From NCBI GenBank assembly GCA_002269645.1, contig NIVC01000268.1, positions 310,001 to 374,000 of the forward strand: a DNA stretch of 64,000 bases, given 5' to 3'. The DNA comes from Macrostomum lignano. Lineage: Eukaryota. Both the position numbers and the translations under genes were made by a program. Below, piece after piece: positions 33,701 to 43,737 of this stretch. The notes under the pieces are model-generated. The model ran no database searches. It was not told the origin of the DNA and worked only from the letters and a program-made list of their open reading frames with translations. How positions within the stretch are numbered: the stretch's first letter is position 1; every line of letters starts with the position of its first letter.

Positions 33701-36700
33701 ATAGCGCCAATATCAAAGATTCCGCATGGCGCCAATATCAATCAAAGCTTCCGCATGGCGCCAATGTCAATCAAAGCTTCCGCATAGCGCCAATATCAAT
33801 CAAAGCTTCCGCAAGGCGCCAATATCAAAGCTTCCGCATAGCGCCAATATCAAAGCTTCCGCATAGCGCCAATATCAATCAAAGCTTCCGCATGGCGCCA
33901 ATATCAATCAAAGCTTCCGCATGGCGCCAATATCAATCAAAGCTTCCGCATAGCGCCAATATCAAAGCTTCCGCATAGCGCCAATATCAAAGCTTCCGCA
34001 TGGCGCCAATATCAATCAAAGCTTCCGCATGGCGCCAATATCAATCAAAGCTTCCGCATAGCGCCAATATCAAAGCTTCCGCATAGCGCCAATATCAAAG
34101 CTTCCGCATGGCGCAAATATCAATCAAAGCTTCCGCATAGCGCCAATATCAATCAAAGCTTCCGCATAGCGCCAATATCAATCAAAGCTTCCGCATGGCG
34201 CCAATATCAATCAAAGCTTCCGCATGGCGCCAATATCAATCAAAGCTTCCGCATGGCGCCAATATCAAAGCTTCCGCATAGCGCCAATATCAAAGCTTCC
34301 GCATAGCTCCAATATCAAAGCTTCCGCATAGCGCCAATATCAAAGCTTCCGCACGCCTCTGACACTTCCAGGCAGCCGTAGAGCAAGACGAGCGCCGGTT
34401 CATCCAGCTGGCCTGCCAAGCTCCCGCCGTTGTGGTCTGCCGCTGCTCTCCAACGCAAAAAGCCGAAGTCGTCCGCCTATTGAAGGAGCACACAGGCAAA
34501 CGGTGCGCCGCTGTCGGCGACGGAGGCAACGATGTCGCCATGATTCAGGCTGCCGACTGCGGACTAGGCATTGTTGGCAAGGAGGGCAAGCAGGCGTCTC
34601 TGGCTGCCGACTTTAGCATTCTGAGATTTCAACACGTGGCTAGATTGCTGCTTGTGAGTTGCTGCGCCTTTGGGGCTGTGTTTACCTAGTCTGCCTCTCC
34701 CTCCTTGTCTACCTCTCCCCTCTACCTGCCTACCTCTCCCTCTCTGTCTGCCTCTCCACTCCCTGTCTACCTGTCCTTCAGTCTGCCTTTCCTCTCCCTG
34801 CCTACCTCTCCTGCCTGTCTATCTCTCCTCTCCTCATCTACCTCTCCCCCCTATCTACCTCTCTCTCCCTGTCTACCTCTCCGTTCCCATCTACTCGTAC
34901 CTCTCCTTTCTCTGTCTACCTCTCCCTCCCCGTCTACCTCTCCTCTCCCTGTCTACCTCTCCGTTCCCTATCTACCTCTCGTCCCCCTGTCTACCTCTCC
35001 TTTTCCTGCCTACCTCAAGTCTCCCTGTCTACCTCTCGTCTCCCTGTCTACCTCTCCTCTCCCTGTCTATGTATCATCTTCCTGTCTACATATCCTTCTC
35101 TCCCTGGCTACCTCTCCTATTTTTGTCTACAATTTTTATCCCTGCCAACATCTGAATCCTCAGTATCGCTTTAACCCCTGTCAGGTGCACGGCCGTCAAT
35201 GCTACAAGAACACGGCCATATTGGCTCAGTTCATTGTTCACCGCGGCCTAATTATCTCCACAATGCAAGCCGTATTCTCTGCCGTATTCTTCTACGTGGC
35301 GATCAGCCTGTTTCCCGGAATATTGATGATCGGCTACGCCACGGTGTTCACCATGTTCCCAGTGTTCTCCCTGGTGCTGGACAAGGATGTGGCCGATTCT
35401 ACTGCCGAAAAATTTCCCGAATTATATCGGGATCTGTTGAAGGGACGAGAATTGTCCGCTAAAGTGTTCTTTATATGGACCGCTATATCGCTTTATCAGG
35501 TGACTTTTTATGATTATGATTATTAGTGTTTAAGGTGTCTCAATGACCAAAAATACCCCTATAAGTGTCTTAGTGACCCTTGTAGGTGTCTCAATGACCA
35601 GAAATACCCCTATAGGTGTCTCACTGACTAGAAATACCCTTGTAGGTGTCTCACTGACTAGAAATACCCCTGTAGGTGTCTCACTGACTAGAAATACCCC
35701 TGTAGGTGTCTCACTGACTAGAAATACCCCTATAGGTGTCTCACTGACTAGAAATACCCCTATAGGTGTCTCACTGACTAGAAATACCCCTATAGGTGTC
35801 TCACTGACTAGAAATACCCCTATAGGTGTCTCACTGACTAGAAATACCCCTGTAGGTGTCTCACTGACTAGAAATACCCCTGTAGGTGTCTCACTGACTA
35901 GAAATACCCCTATATGTGTCTCACTGACCAGAAATACCCCTGTAGGTGTCTCACTGACTAGAAATACCCCTGTAGGTGTCTCACTGACTAGAAATACCCC
36001 TGTAGGTGTCTCACTGACTAGAAATACCCCTGTAGGTGTCTCACTGACTAGAAATACCCCTGTAGGTGTCTCACTGACTAGAAATACCCCTGTAGGTGTC
36101 TCACTGACCAGAAATACCCCTGTAGGTGTCTCAATGACCAGAAATACCCCTGTAGATGTCTCACTGACCAGAAATACCCCTGTAGGTGTCTCACTGACCC
36201 AAGATACGTAATCCTATACGGTAGGCTTTGTCTAAATTGAATCATTCAAAGCGAGGTCTAAATTGGAAATTTCAGGGCGGCATCATAATGTACGGCTCCC
36301 TGTGGCTATTTGAAGGCTCATTCTTGCACGTGGTCAGCATCGCATTCACAGCCGTAGTGCTAACAGAGCTGATCATGGTTGCTCTCACCATACGCACCTG
36401 GTGCTGGCAGATGGTATTAGCAGAATTTTTAAGCCTTACCTGCTACGTAACGGCAATGTTCGTACTGACTGAATACTTTGGTAAGTTGTATTTATTATGC
36501 TATTCATTTGCTTTACTTTCTACTTTAGTTGAACAATTGCCAGTAGTCTCTTTGGTCTGAGAGAGAGAGAGAGAGAAATAAAATGAAGATATGGCAGCTT
36601 TAAACCATTTACCCCCCCTGCTCCGCCAGACCGAGCCTTCCTGTTAACGCTGGACTTCCTATGGAAGGTGCTGGCCATCACCAGCGTCAGTTCCATTCCG

Positions 36701-36766
36701 TTCTTCCTGCTGAAATTTGTTCGCTACCAGATGAGCCCGCCGATTGCTAGAAAATTGCAGGCGTAA
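18789..36766 (+). CDS. ATP9: P4-ATPase phospholipid flippase, class II (ATP9A/ATP9B, Neo1/TAT-5-like), 12 exons, 1106 aa
   Basis: Exons 18789-18952, 24382-24784, 25256-25561, 28592-28881, 30160-30325, 31104-31430, 31589-31950, 32762-33125, 34372-34653, 35185-35499, 36276-36480, 36630-36766. All introns are GT-AG with consistent phases, summing to 3321 nt. Motifs [73 protein letters not shown], and an ATP9-like C-terminus. Exon 1 is the least certain. Confidence 0.95.
19243..19796. mobile_element. Non-autonomous DNA transposon (MITE), 8-bp TSD, hAT- or P-like
   Basis: Perfect 19-bp TIR ccatagtcaggaaggtggc (19243-19261) and its reverse complement (19778-19796). TSD attcagag on both sides. GTGCGC-rich subterminal arms around an AT-rich core. 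Confidence 0.92.
20740..21610. repeat. CT-rich low-complexity tract in ATP9 intron 1
   Basis: Near-pure pyrimidine strand with internal partial duplications. Confidence 0.9.
23306..23690 (-). mobile_element. Collapsed LTR element: 328-bp LTR, PBS, 10 bp, then the last 37 bp of the second LTR
   Basis: 5-bp TSD ctcag (23301-23305, 23691-23695). On the minus strand: TGTCG..CTACA (23690-23363) with CCAAT and TATA-like motifs, then TGGCGCCCAA (tRNA-Lys CUU-type PBS), then an exact 37-bp copy of the LTR end (23342-23306). Confidence 0.85.
24800..25200. repeat. Degenerate ~23-26-bp minisatellite, ATP9 intron 2
   Basis: ttttattcaaatttggcgccgat-like units. Confidence 0.85.
25604..28520. repeat. 23-bp minisatellite, ATP9 intron 3, split by an insertion at 26728-27841
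   Basis: aatcgccctgtcaaccataaaag units, with a 281-bp higher-order duplication. Confidence 0.97.
26728..27841. mobile_element. Non-autonomous TIR element with 3-bp TAA TSD (CMC/EnSpm-like or PIF/Harbinger-like)
   Basis: Termini cccgttgga / tccaacggg flanked by taa on both sides. Removing it plus one TAA restores an exact satellite unit. Many ggtgca/tgcacc subterminal motifs; no transposase. Confidence 0.8.
29305..30128. repeat. 23-bp minisatellite, ATP9 intron 4
   Basis: tgacacatgaaattagcgtctcc units. Confidence 0.97.
30450..31022. repeat. 16-bp minisatellite with two variant blocks, ATP9 intron 5
   Basis: A ctggcgccccttgctt run followed by a ctggcgccacttggtg run. Confidence 0.97.
32017..32730. 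repeat. 30-bp minisatellite, ATP9 intron 7
   Basis: gggatcagaatcccctgttattcctcagtt shifting to a ..cccctcatgttcaccagtt variant. Confidence 0.97.
33240..34353. repeat. 25/29-bp minisatellite, ATP9 intron 8
   Basis: aaagcttccgcatagcgccaatatc(aatc) units. Confidence 0.97.
34690..35120. repeat. Degenerate CT-rich minisatellite, ATP9 intron 9
   Basis: ctgtctacctctcc core repeated. Confidence 0.9.
35530..36200. repeat. 30-bp minisatellite, ATP9 intron 10
   Basis: tgtaggtgtctcactgactagaaatacccc units. Confidence 0.97.
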
Positions 36767-38671
36767 AAATTATTTATTTATTAATATATCCTATACTATT
36801 TTATTTGACATTAATATTATTACAGATCTTCTGGTTCGCTTTTTGGTGTACTTTTTTTCTATTTTTGCACAACTTATTTTTTTCAGAACAAATGAACATA
36901 ACTATAACAAAAAGCTGTTGGATTATCTTCATTATTTATGATTATTTTACTTTGATCCGCTTGCTTGCACACGAGGTGGCATCTCTTTGATTTATTCATT
37001 TTTTTCTTCAGTTTTTCTGCTTTACTTATGCTGTCACAATTTTAGATAAGTCTACTCTACACAACATTGAAAGTATAAAACAATTGTATGGGTATATAGA
37101 AATAAAAATTATATCGAACAAACCTTAGCAACACAATTGTTCAAGTTTGACACAAGAGACCCAAATAAAAAAGTTATTGTGCTTATTTTTTCTGAACAAA
37201 AGTACTACATGTATTCATGACCGTAAGCTATTTGTTTTAATTGTCTTTATTTGTACTCGTTTCACATGGAAAAGTCACAACTATTATAACAAACAAAATA
37301 TTCAATTCGAATTTGCTTGTTATACTTTACTGTCCATTATTGTAGCCAATTTTTGAAATTCTTTATATTTTATGTATATTGTGTTTATTTACATTGTAGC
37401 CTGACACAAGAACCTGTCTTAGAAGTCCTTTTATGAGACAACATTGTTTCTTGGGAAAATGTTACCTTATAATAATTAGGGACAATGATTGAATGAACAT
37501 TGCTGAAGTTTATAAAAAAACAAATATATTGATATTTGTGTGGAGAATAAATTCATAAGTTCGGGCATCACTCAGACAATGTCACAAAATTTGTGCCACA
37601 ATATAATATATTGACGAACTAATATCTTAGAAACGTATTTCTAAGATAGAACCGTATTAGAAACGTATTAATACTAATCGCTAGTTGTCGATCATTTTGC
37701 ATTGCTATATTGACTTGTAATATTCATTTTGCTTAAACCTTTCTGACTATCCACTACAAACTTTTCCCAGTTATTTTTCGCGGTGCAATAATTATAATAA
37801 TAATATGTCGAATTATAATGATTCTTTTTTTATTTGACGAAAACTTCCACTTCCAGTCAAGTGTGTGTGCACACAGAGTGCAAGTGCAATTTTTGCAGGT
37901 GGTTGTATTAAATATATATATTGTTTTCTTTTACGGTTTCTGTATGTGCGCTTGTATAAATTAGTCTTTAAGTATAATGCATGCATTCAGAGTGCAAGTA
38001 CAATTTGGCTTATTAATATAAATATCTATCCATGCGCTTCCTGTCCTACTTATGGTTACGCAATATTTGGTAGTAGTGCTTTAGGACATAGCAGATATTT
38101 TTTCGAGTAACTAAACTTGCAAACTTGAAACATTGTTTCCCTTCGGGTTTGTGGCACACAACACAGAGCTATGAATTATTTTTACGATTAAGTTTAATAA
38201 CTTTTTTGAAGCTGGAAGACTATTTCTACCACTAAAGTGAATTCGATCCGATAAATCACTTACAAAGCTTGAGCTACTACTGGAGTTTAAGTTTAACTAC
38301 TACTGTTGCTACTCATTACGCTAAAATGTGATATTTGCGTCTTATGAAATATCCTAGATAATGTGTTACTCTTGAAAAAAAGAAATAACATGACGTACTC
38401 TGCAAGCAAGCTGCAAGAGTATGAACCAAACAAATCATTTTTATTTTTTTCATTTGCACTTTTTTCTTATTGATTTTTTTAGAAATACGGTTGGTTACTT
38501 TTAGGGTAGCTACTGTATACAAGGTAAATAACAACAAGATAAATTGCTGAAAAATGTTTGCTTTTTTATTCGATTTTATTATTTTCCTTGTTAGAGTACT
38601 GCTGAATTGAAGTTGAAGATTGTGATTGAAATTTTCTACCATGTTAAATGTGTAGATATAGATGTGTAAAT

Positions 38672-38925
38672 AGGATTGGTCGGAGGGTCGGTGGTTCGAT
38701 TCCCGATCCCACAGGAACAGGCTGTGCCATTGAGCAAAGCACTCAACTCTGCATTGCTTCAGTTCACCCAGCTGTAAAATGGGTGCCAGCATTAGCTGGG
38801 ACATTTGAGGCTGTATGTGGCGACCCCCCAGTCCTTGGACTGAACAGCCGTACGCAGCCTTCAGATGCGCCGCGCAATAGCTGCGGCTGAGCTGTCGGTT
38901 GCACATCTGGCCCAATTGTGATAGG
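38672..38925 (+). mobile_element. tRNA-derived SINE, copy with a degenerate 5' head
   Basis: B box ggttcgattcc. The body from aactctgcattgcttcagttcacccagctgtaaaatggg to ggttgcacatct is nearly identical to 43076-43262. Confidence 0.85.
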
Positions 38926-39689
38926 TGTAATCAAAAGGTAGCTACCAATGCAGACAGTAGAGTTGCTTGTCTGGTTGTTTTTTTTATTTTTAAAGTTCAC
39001 ATAACAAAATAACTTTTTGCAGCGGAACCGGTTTCGACTGGTCGGACCTGCTGTTGCCTCGGAGACGCCGGCAAAACTACATGTCCAACTGGGTGTCAGG
39101 CAGCAATCGTGTTAAACAAATGCTATCTAACAGTTCTTCCTGTTTTTCGTCAAGTGCGGTGCCGGTTAACTACCGTGCACTTTTATCGCCCTGTTGGCCT
39201 AGTAGAAGCAAAAGCCGTTCGGCTACAGCTGATACTAGATGTGCAGAAGACTTGGAGTCCAGGCCATTGTTGTTTGAAGAGGCTGAATCTTCCAGTAGTA
39301 CACAATTGATGCAGAGACAGACCTGTGGTGCTAGTAGTCGCTCATTGAAGTTGGCACACTCGCAGACTTAAACGTTGATTGTCATGACATGCGTACTGTC
39401 TGCATTTTTATGTCGATCAAATTTGCGGCTAACACTTCTAATCTGGATGATTCCTATTTGAAAATTTAGATGAACATTTTTTCAACTATTACCTAGTCTT
39501 AAATGCTTTCACCGAAGCTGAAACATCGCTGCAGTTATTTTTTCTTTACATTGTAAACTCCATCAATCACGAAATAAACTTCTGACGCAAATATGAAGCT
39601 TTTACTCGATGAAGCTTTTTCTTGTCGGATTTTGAGGCGTGTGAATTCTAAATGCACTCAAAAGATTCCACTTTAATTTGGACATTCGC

Positions 39690-39990
39690 CCCCAACCCCA
39701 GTCCCTCAGTCAAATTAGAGCCACCCAAACCCCAGTCCCTCAGTCAAATTAGAGCCGGCAACCCCACTCTCTCAGTCAAATTAGAGCCGGCAACCCCAGT
39801 CCCTCAGTCAAATTAGAGCCCCCAAACCCCAGTCCCTCAGTCAAATTAGAGCCGGCAACCCCAGTCCCTCAGTCAAATTAGAGCCGGCAACCCCAGTCCC
39901 TCAGTCAAATTAGAGCCGGCTACCCCACTCTCTCAGTCAAATTAGAGCCGGCAACCCCAGTCCCTCAGTCAAATTAGAGCCGGCAACCCC
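39690..39990. repeat. 32-bp minisatellite just upstream of COQ6
   Basis: caaccccagtccctcagtcaaattagagccgg units ending about 40 bp before the ATG. Confidence 0.95.
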
Positions 39991-40029
39991 TGCTCTTATA
40001 GTTAATCGCCAGTACTTCTCAACATCTTC

Positions 40030-43000
40030 ATGGCCAACCTTTATCTGTACTCTCGAGTTCTACCACAATGGCAGGCGACAAGATGCGCCAGCGCCTTTTG
40101 TTTTCGACGCTCCTTGTCATCAACTGCAGGCCTCAATAGCGACGATGTTGACGTAGCCATAGTCGGAGGCGGCCCTGTCGGTCTGGCCATCGCTTGCAGT
40201 CTCGCCTCTGGCGGTGATGGCAACGTCGCCACGTCGTCATCGTCTAGAAAACTTCGCGTCCGACTACTGGAAGCCGGCAAGCTGCCCTCGTCGCAGCCAG
40301 CAGCGGCGGCAGCAGCACCAGACGGTTCATTCAGCAATCGTGCCGTAGCATTGAGTCCGAGCACCGTTGCTCACCTGCGCCGCCTTGGCGCCTGGAACGA
40401 TGCCGACCCGCGAATTGCTCCGGTTCGTGGGATGCGGGTAGTTGAAAGCGACTCCGATGCCGCATTGACATTCGACGCCGCCCAGATCGGTGGTGACGTC
40501 AGTGGCGAAGGCGCGCTGGCCTATGTGACTGAGCTGGCTCCGGTTGTGTCTCGGCTGGTTGGACAGGCGGCTAAGGCTGGTTAGTTTTGGCTTCTGTTTT
40601 TCAAGTGCCAGATACAGAATTCAGCTCATGGCTGCGGGCCTGATGTGAAAGAAACTGCGAGGGAATAGAATATGAGAAAGGGGAGAGATGAGATGAGAGA
40701 AGGGATAAGAGAGCAGATAAGAGGAGAGAAGAGAACGGGAGAGGGAAGAGAGGAGAGGAGAGACGAGAGAGGAGAGGAGAGAGGGCTGAAAAGTGAGGAG
40801 AGATGGAAAGAGAAAAGGAGAGAGGGGTGAGAGGAGAAGAGAGAGGGAAAGAGAAGTGGAAAGAGAAGAGAGAGGGAAAGAGAAGAGAAGAGAGGGGTGA
40901 GAGGAGAAGCGAGAGGGAAGAGAGAAGAGGAGAGAGAAGAAAGGGGAGAGATGAGATGAGAGAAGGGATAAGAGAGAAGATAAGCGGAGAAAAGAGAACG
41001 GGAGAGGGAAGAGAGGAGAGAAGAGAAGACTGAGAAGTGAGGAGAGATAGAAAGAGAAAAGGAGAGAGGGGTGAGAGGAAAAGAGAGAGGGAAAGAGAAG
41101 GGGTGAGAGGAGAGGGGAGAAAGAATAGAGTAGAGAAAAGAGAAGAGAGCTGAGAAGACACAAACCCTGAGCAGGCCGGATTGCTATTGTGAAGTTTCAA
41201 AGGATCCGAGGGCCGGGGGTTTGTCAACCCCAGACTTAGCCAGATACTTTGTAGACCTACATGTACCTTGTGAGTTTCTTCACGTATGTCATAAATTCAT
41301 TGGACTCCATCTGTGGACACTTACAGTTACATGTATATTCCAAGTTTTATGTATCTGCTTTTCTGCCTGTGATCTTGATCTGTATGAACTTTCATGGTCT
41401 GTTAGCTACCCATTTAGTTGACTCGTGAGAACACACTCGGATACGTAAGCAGGTATTTACACACCTGCCCAATTTGCGATTTAGTGGATCAAATAAGCCA
41501 AAGTCATTAATCACATAAAGGCCAGCCTCTCAGATCCTCAGTTGCTGGGCCAGCCTCCCAGATCCTCAGTTGCTAGGCCAGCCTCCCAGATCCTCAGTTG
41601 CTGGGCCAGCCTCCCAGATCCTCAGTTGCTGGGCCAGCCTCCCAGATCCTCAGTTACTAGGCCAGCCTCCCAGATCCTCAGTTGCTGGGCCACCAGCCTC
41701 CCAGATCCTCAGTTGCTGGGCCATCAGCCTCCCAGATCCTCAGTTGCTGGGCCACCAGCCTCCCAGATCCTCACGAGCTCATGTGACGATAGAATCTCTG
41801 AACTACAAGTCAGGTGTAATAATATCGAACTATAAAAGTACATTCAAACTCAATTTTCCCAGGAGCCCAGCTTCGCGATGGCTGCCGCTTGGAATCCATA
41901 GACGGCGACAACAGTTTTGACAGGCAGCCGTTTCTGCACCTCCGTCTAACCAATAAAAGCTCACTGCGAACTCGACTGCTCATCGGCTGCGATGGTTTCA
42001 GTTCGCCTGTTCGCAAATTAGCCGGAATAGAAGCTGTGGATGTGCCTTATCCTAGGCATAAGGCTATGGTTGCAACACTGGAGGTGCGTGTCTTTACTAG
42101 AATCGTGTAATTATTACTGATCGACTCATGGCTCAAGAGTATCGTAAATTTGGTAAAGGAGATGTGAACTTAGATTCAAAATGGAGCCCGAAACATTCGG
42201 TGCCGATTTCTCTACGCCAATCTCTTCATTTGGAGTCAAATAGCTCCCGTTATTCCGAAAACCCGACCACTTTAGCATTTGGGGATCTTTCAATGTCCCC
42301 GAAGGTGCTGCGCCAGGGTTGCCCGCAGCCTTCCTACGATACAAAATTACAATATAATCGTTATATTTGTTATTCGACATTGCACCCAACTCGAACAGAT
42401 CGATGGTCCCGACGGTCTCAACGGCGAAGCTTTTCAACGCTTCCTACCAGACGGCCCCATCGCCCTGCTGCCCCTGCCGGGCCGGTTCGCCTCTCTGGTC
42501 TGGTGCTCCAAATCTGACCGAATTTCTCATCTAATCAAGACTAGCGATCGAGAGTTTCTAGCCGATTTAAATCGTTGCCTAGCGACCGGACCGGCACCAG
42601 CGGCGCCCTTAGTTACCGCTGTACAAGCTGATAGCAGGGCGAGTTTTCCATTGGGTTTCATGCACGCTAACAGGTACGCATCGGGTCGGATTGTTCTGGC
42701 TGGCGATGCGGCGCACCGACTGTCGCCTCTGGCTGGCCAGGGCATGAATCTGGGCATGGAGGATGCGGCTTGCTTGAGTCGATTGCTTCTAGAAGCAGCT
42801 AGCAATGGTGCAGACCCGGCCGATCCGGCCTATCTGTTGGACTATGAGACTCAAAGACAGCGTCAGGTGAGCTTATATTACCGATCTATTCCTAGGGATC
42901 TACGAGTGCGAGTGTCTGTAAAATTTCACGTGTAAAACATTTGCATTGAAGTAGGAAAAATAATTATTACCGTCAACGATAATTTACAATAATGGTGGTA

Positions 43001-43737
43001 GCCTAGTGGTTAGGGCGTCGGACTCACGACTGAAAGGTCGGGGGTTCGATTCCCCACCCACTCGGAACAATTTGAGTCCTTGTGCAAGACACTTAACTCT
43101 GCATTGCTTCAGTTCACCCAGCTGTAAAATGGGTGCCAGCATACCTGGGGTAATTGAGGCTGTGTGTGGCGAGGCGACCCCCCAGTCCTTGGACTGAACA
43201 GCCGTACGCAGCCTTCAGATGCGCCGCGCAATAGCTGCGGCTGAGCTGTTGGTTGCACATCTAGGGCAGATGTGATCAACTATCAACATTATCAATTATT
43301 AATTAATAATGTTAAAGAAAAGATGAGATTAGAGAGAAGAGAGCTGAGCAGAGACAAATCATGAGCGGGCCGGATTGCTATTGTGAAGTTTAAAAGGATC
43401 CCATGGCCAGATAGAGAGGCTTTGCGGGTCGCATGTTTACCGACCCCCCTGATCTATCTATCAGATAATACCAGCTTTAAAAGCAAACAGTTTGAATGTT
43501 TTTAAGATTTGTACAAACATAATTATTCTCGACCTCGATCACACCCGTCTCCAGGTAGTTCCAGTTGCCATCGTCAACGAAACCCTCGGCTGGTTGTACT
43601 CGCTGCCGCCAGATTCTTGGCTCACCGCCCCGTTAAGGTGGGCTCGAACCACCGGCTTCCGACTCACCAATACGTTTAGCCCGGCGAAAGAATTCCTCAG
43701 ACGCAGTGCTACTACTGGTCGGATTGATCTGCTCTAG
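40030..43737 (+). CDS. COQ6: Ubiquinone biosynthesis FAD monooxygenase, 4 exons, 473 aa
   Basis: Exons 40030-40579, 41863-42083, 42399-42866, 43555-43737 (GT-AG, phases consistent, 1422 nt). Mitochondrial-type N-terminus, DVAIVGGGPVG, LLIGCDG..S.VR, AFQRFLPDGPIALLP, RASFPL, GDAAHR..PLAGQG.NLG. Confidence 0.9.
40660..41160. repeat. GA-rich low-complexity tract in COQ6 intron 1
   Basis: Near-pure purine strand with internal duplications. Confidence 0.9.
41520..41775. repeat. 28-bp minisatellite, COQ6 intron 1
   Basis: gccagcctcccagatcctcagttgctgg units. Confidence 0.95.
42994..43275 (+). mobile_element. tRNA-derived SINE with a CORE/Deu-like central domain, in COQ6 intron 3
   Basis: A box tagcctagtgg, B box ggttcgattcc, then gcaagacacttaac..cttcagttcacccagctgtaaaatggg, which resembles the MIR CORE. 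Second copy at about 38.7 kb. Confidence 0.85.

Noticed and set aside
25604-36200. Repeat arrays as CRISPR loci
   Set aside because: The units are contiguous with no unique spacers, there are no cas genes, and they sit in eukaryotic introns.
35543-36211. 222-aa [10 protein letters not shown] repeat protein
   Set aside because: It is the 30-bp intronic satellite, with no splice or start context.
37623-37648. 11-bp-stem palindrome tatcttagaaa-cgta-tttctaagata
   Set aside because: An isolated AT-rich hairpin with no supporting element context.
42994-43070. Functional tRNA gene
   Set aside because: It has no proper acceptor stem or terminator and continues into a body shared with another copy, so it is a SINE head.
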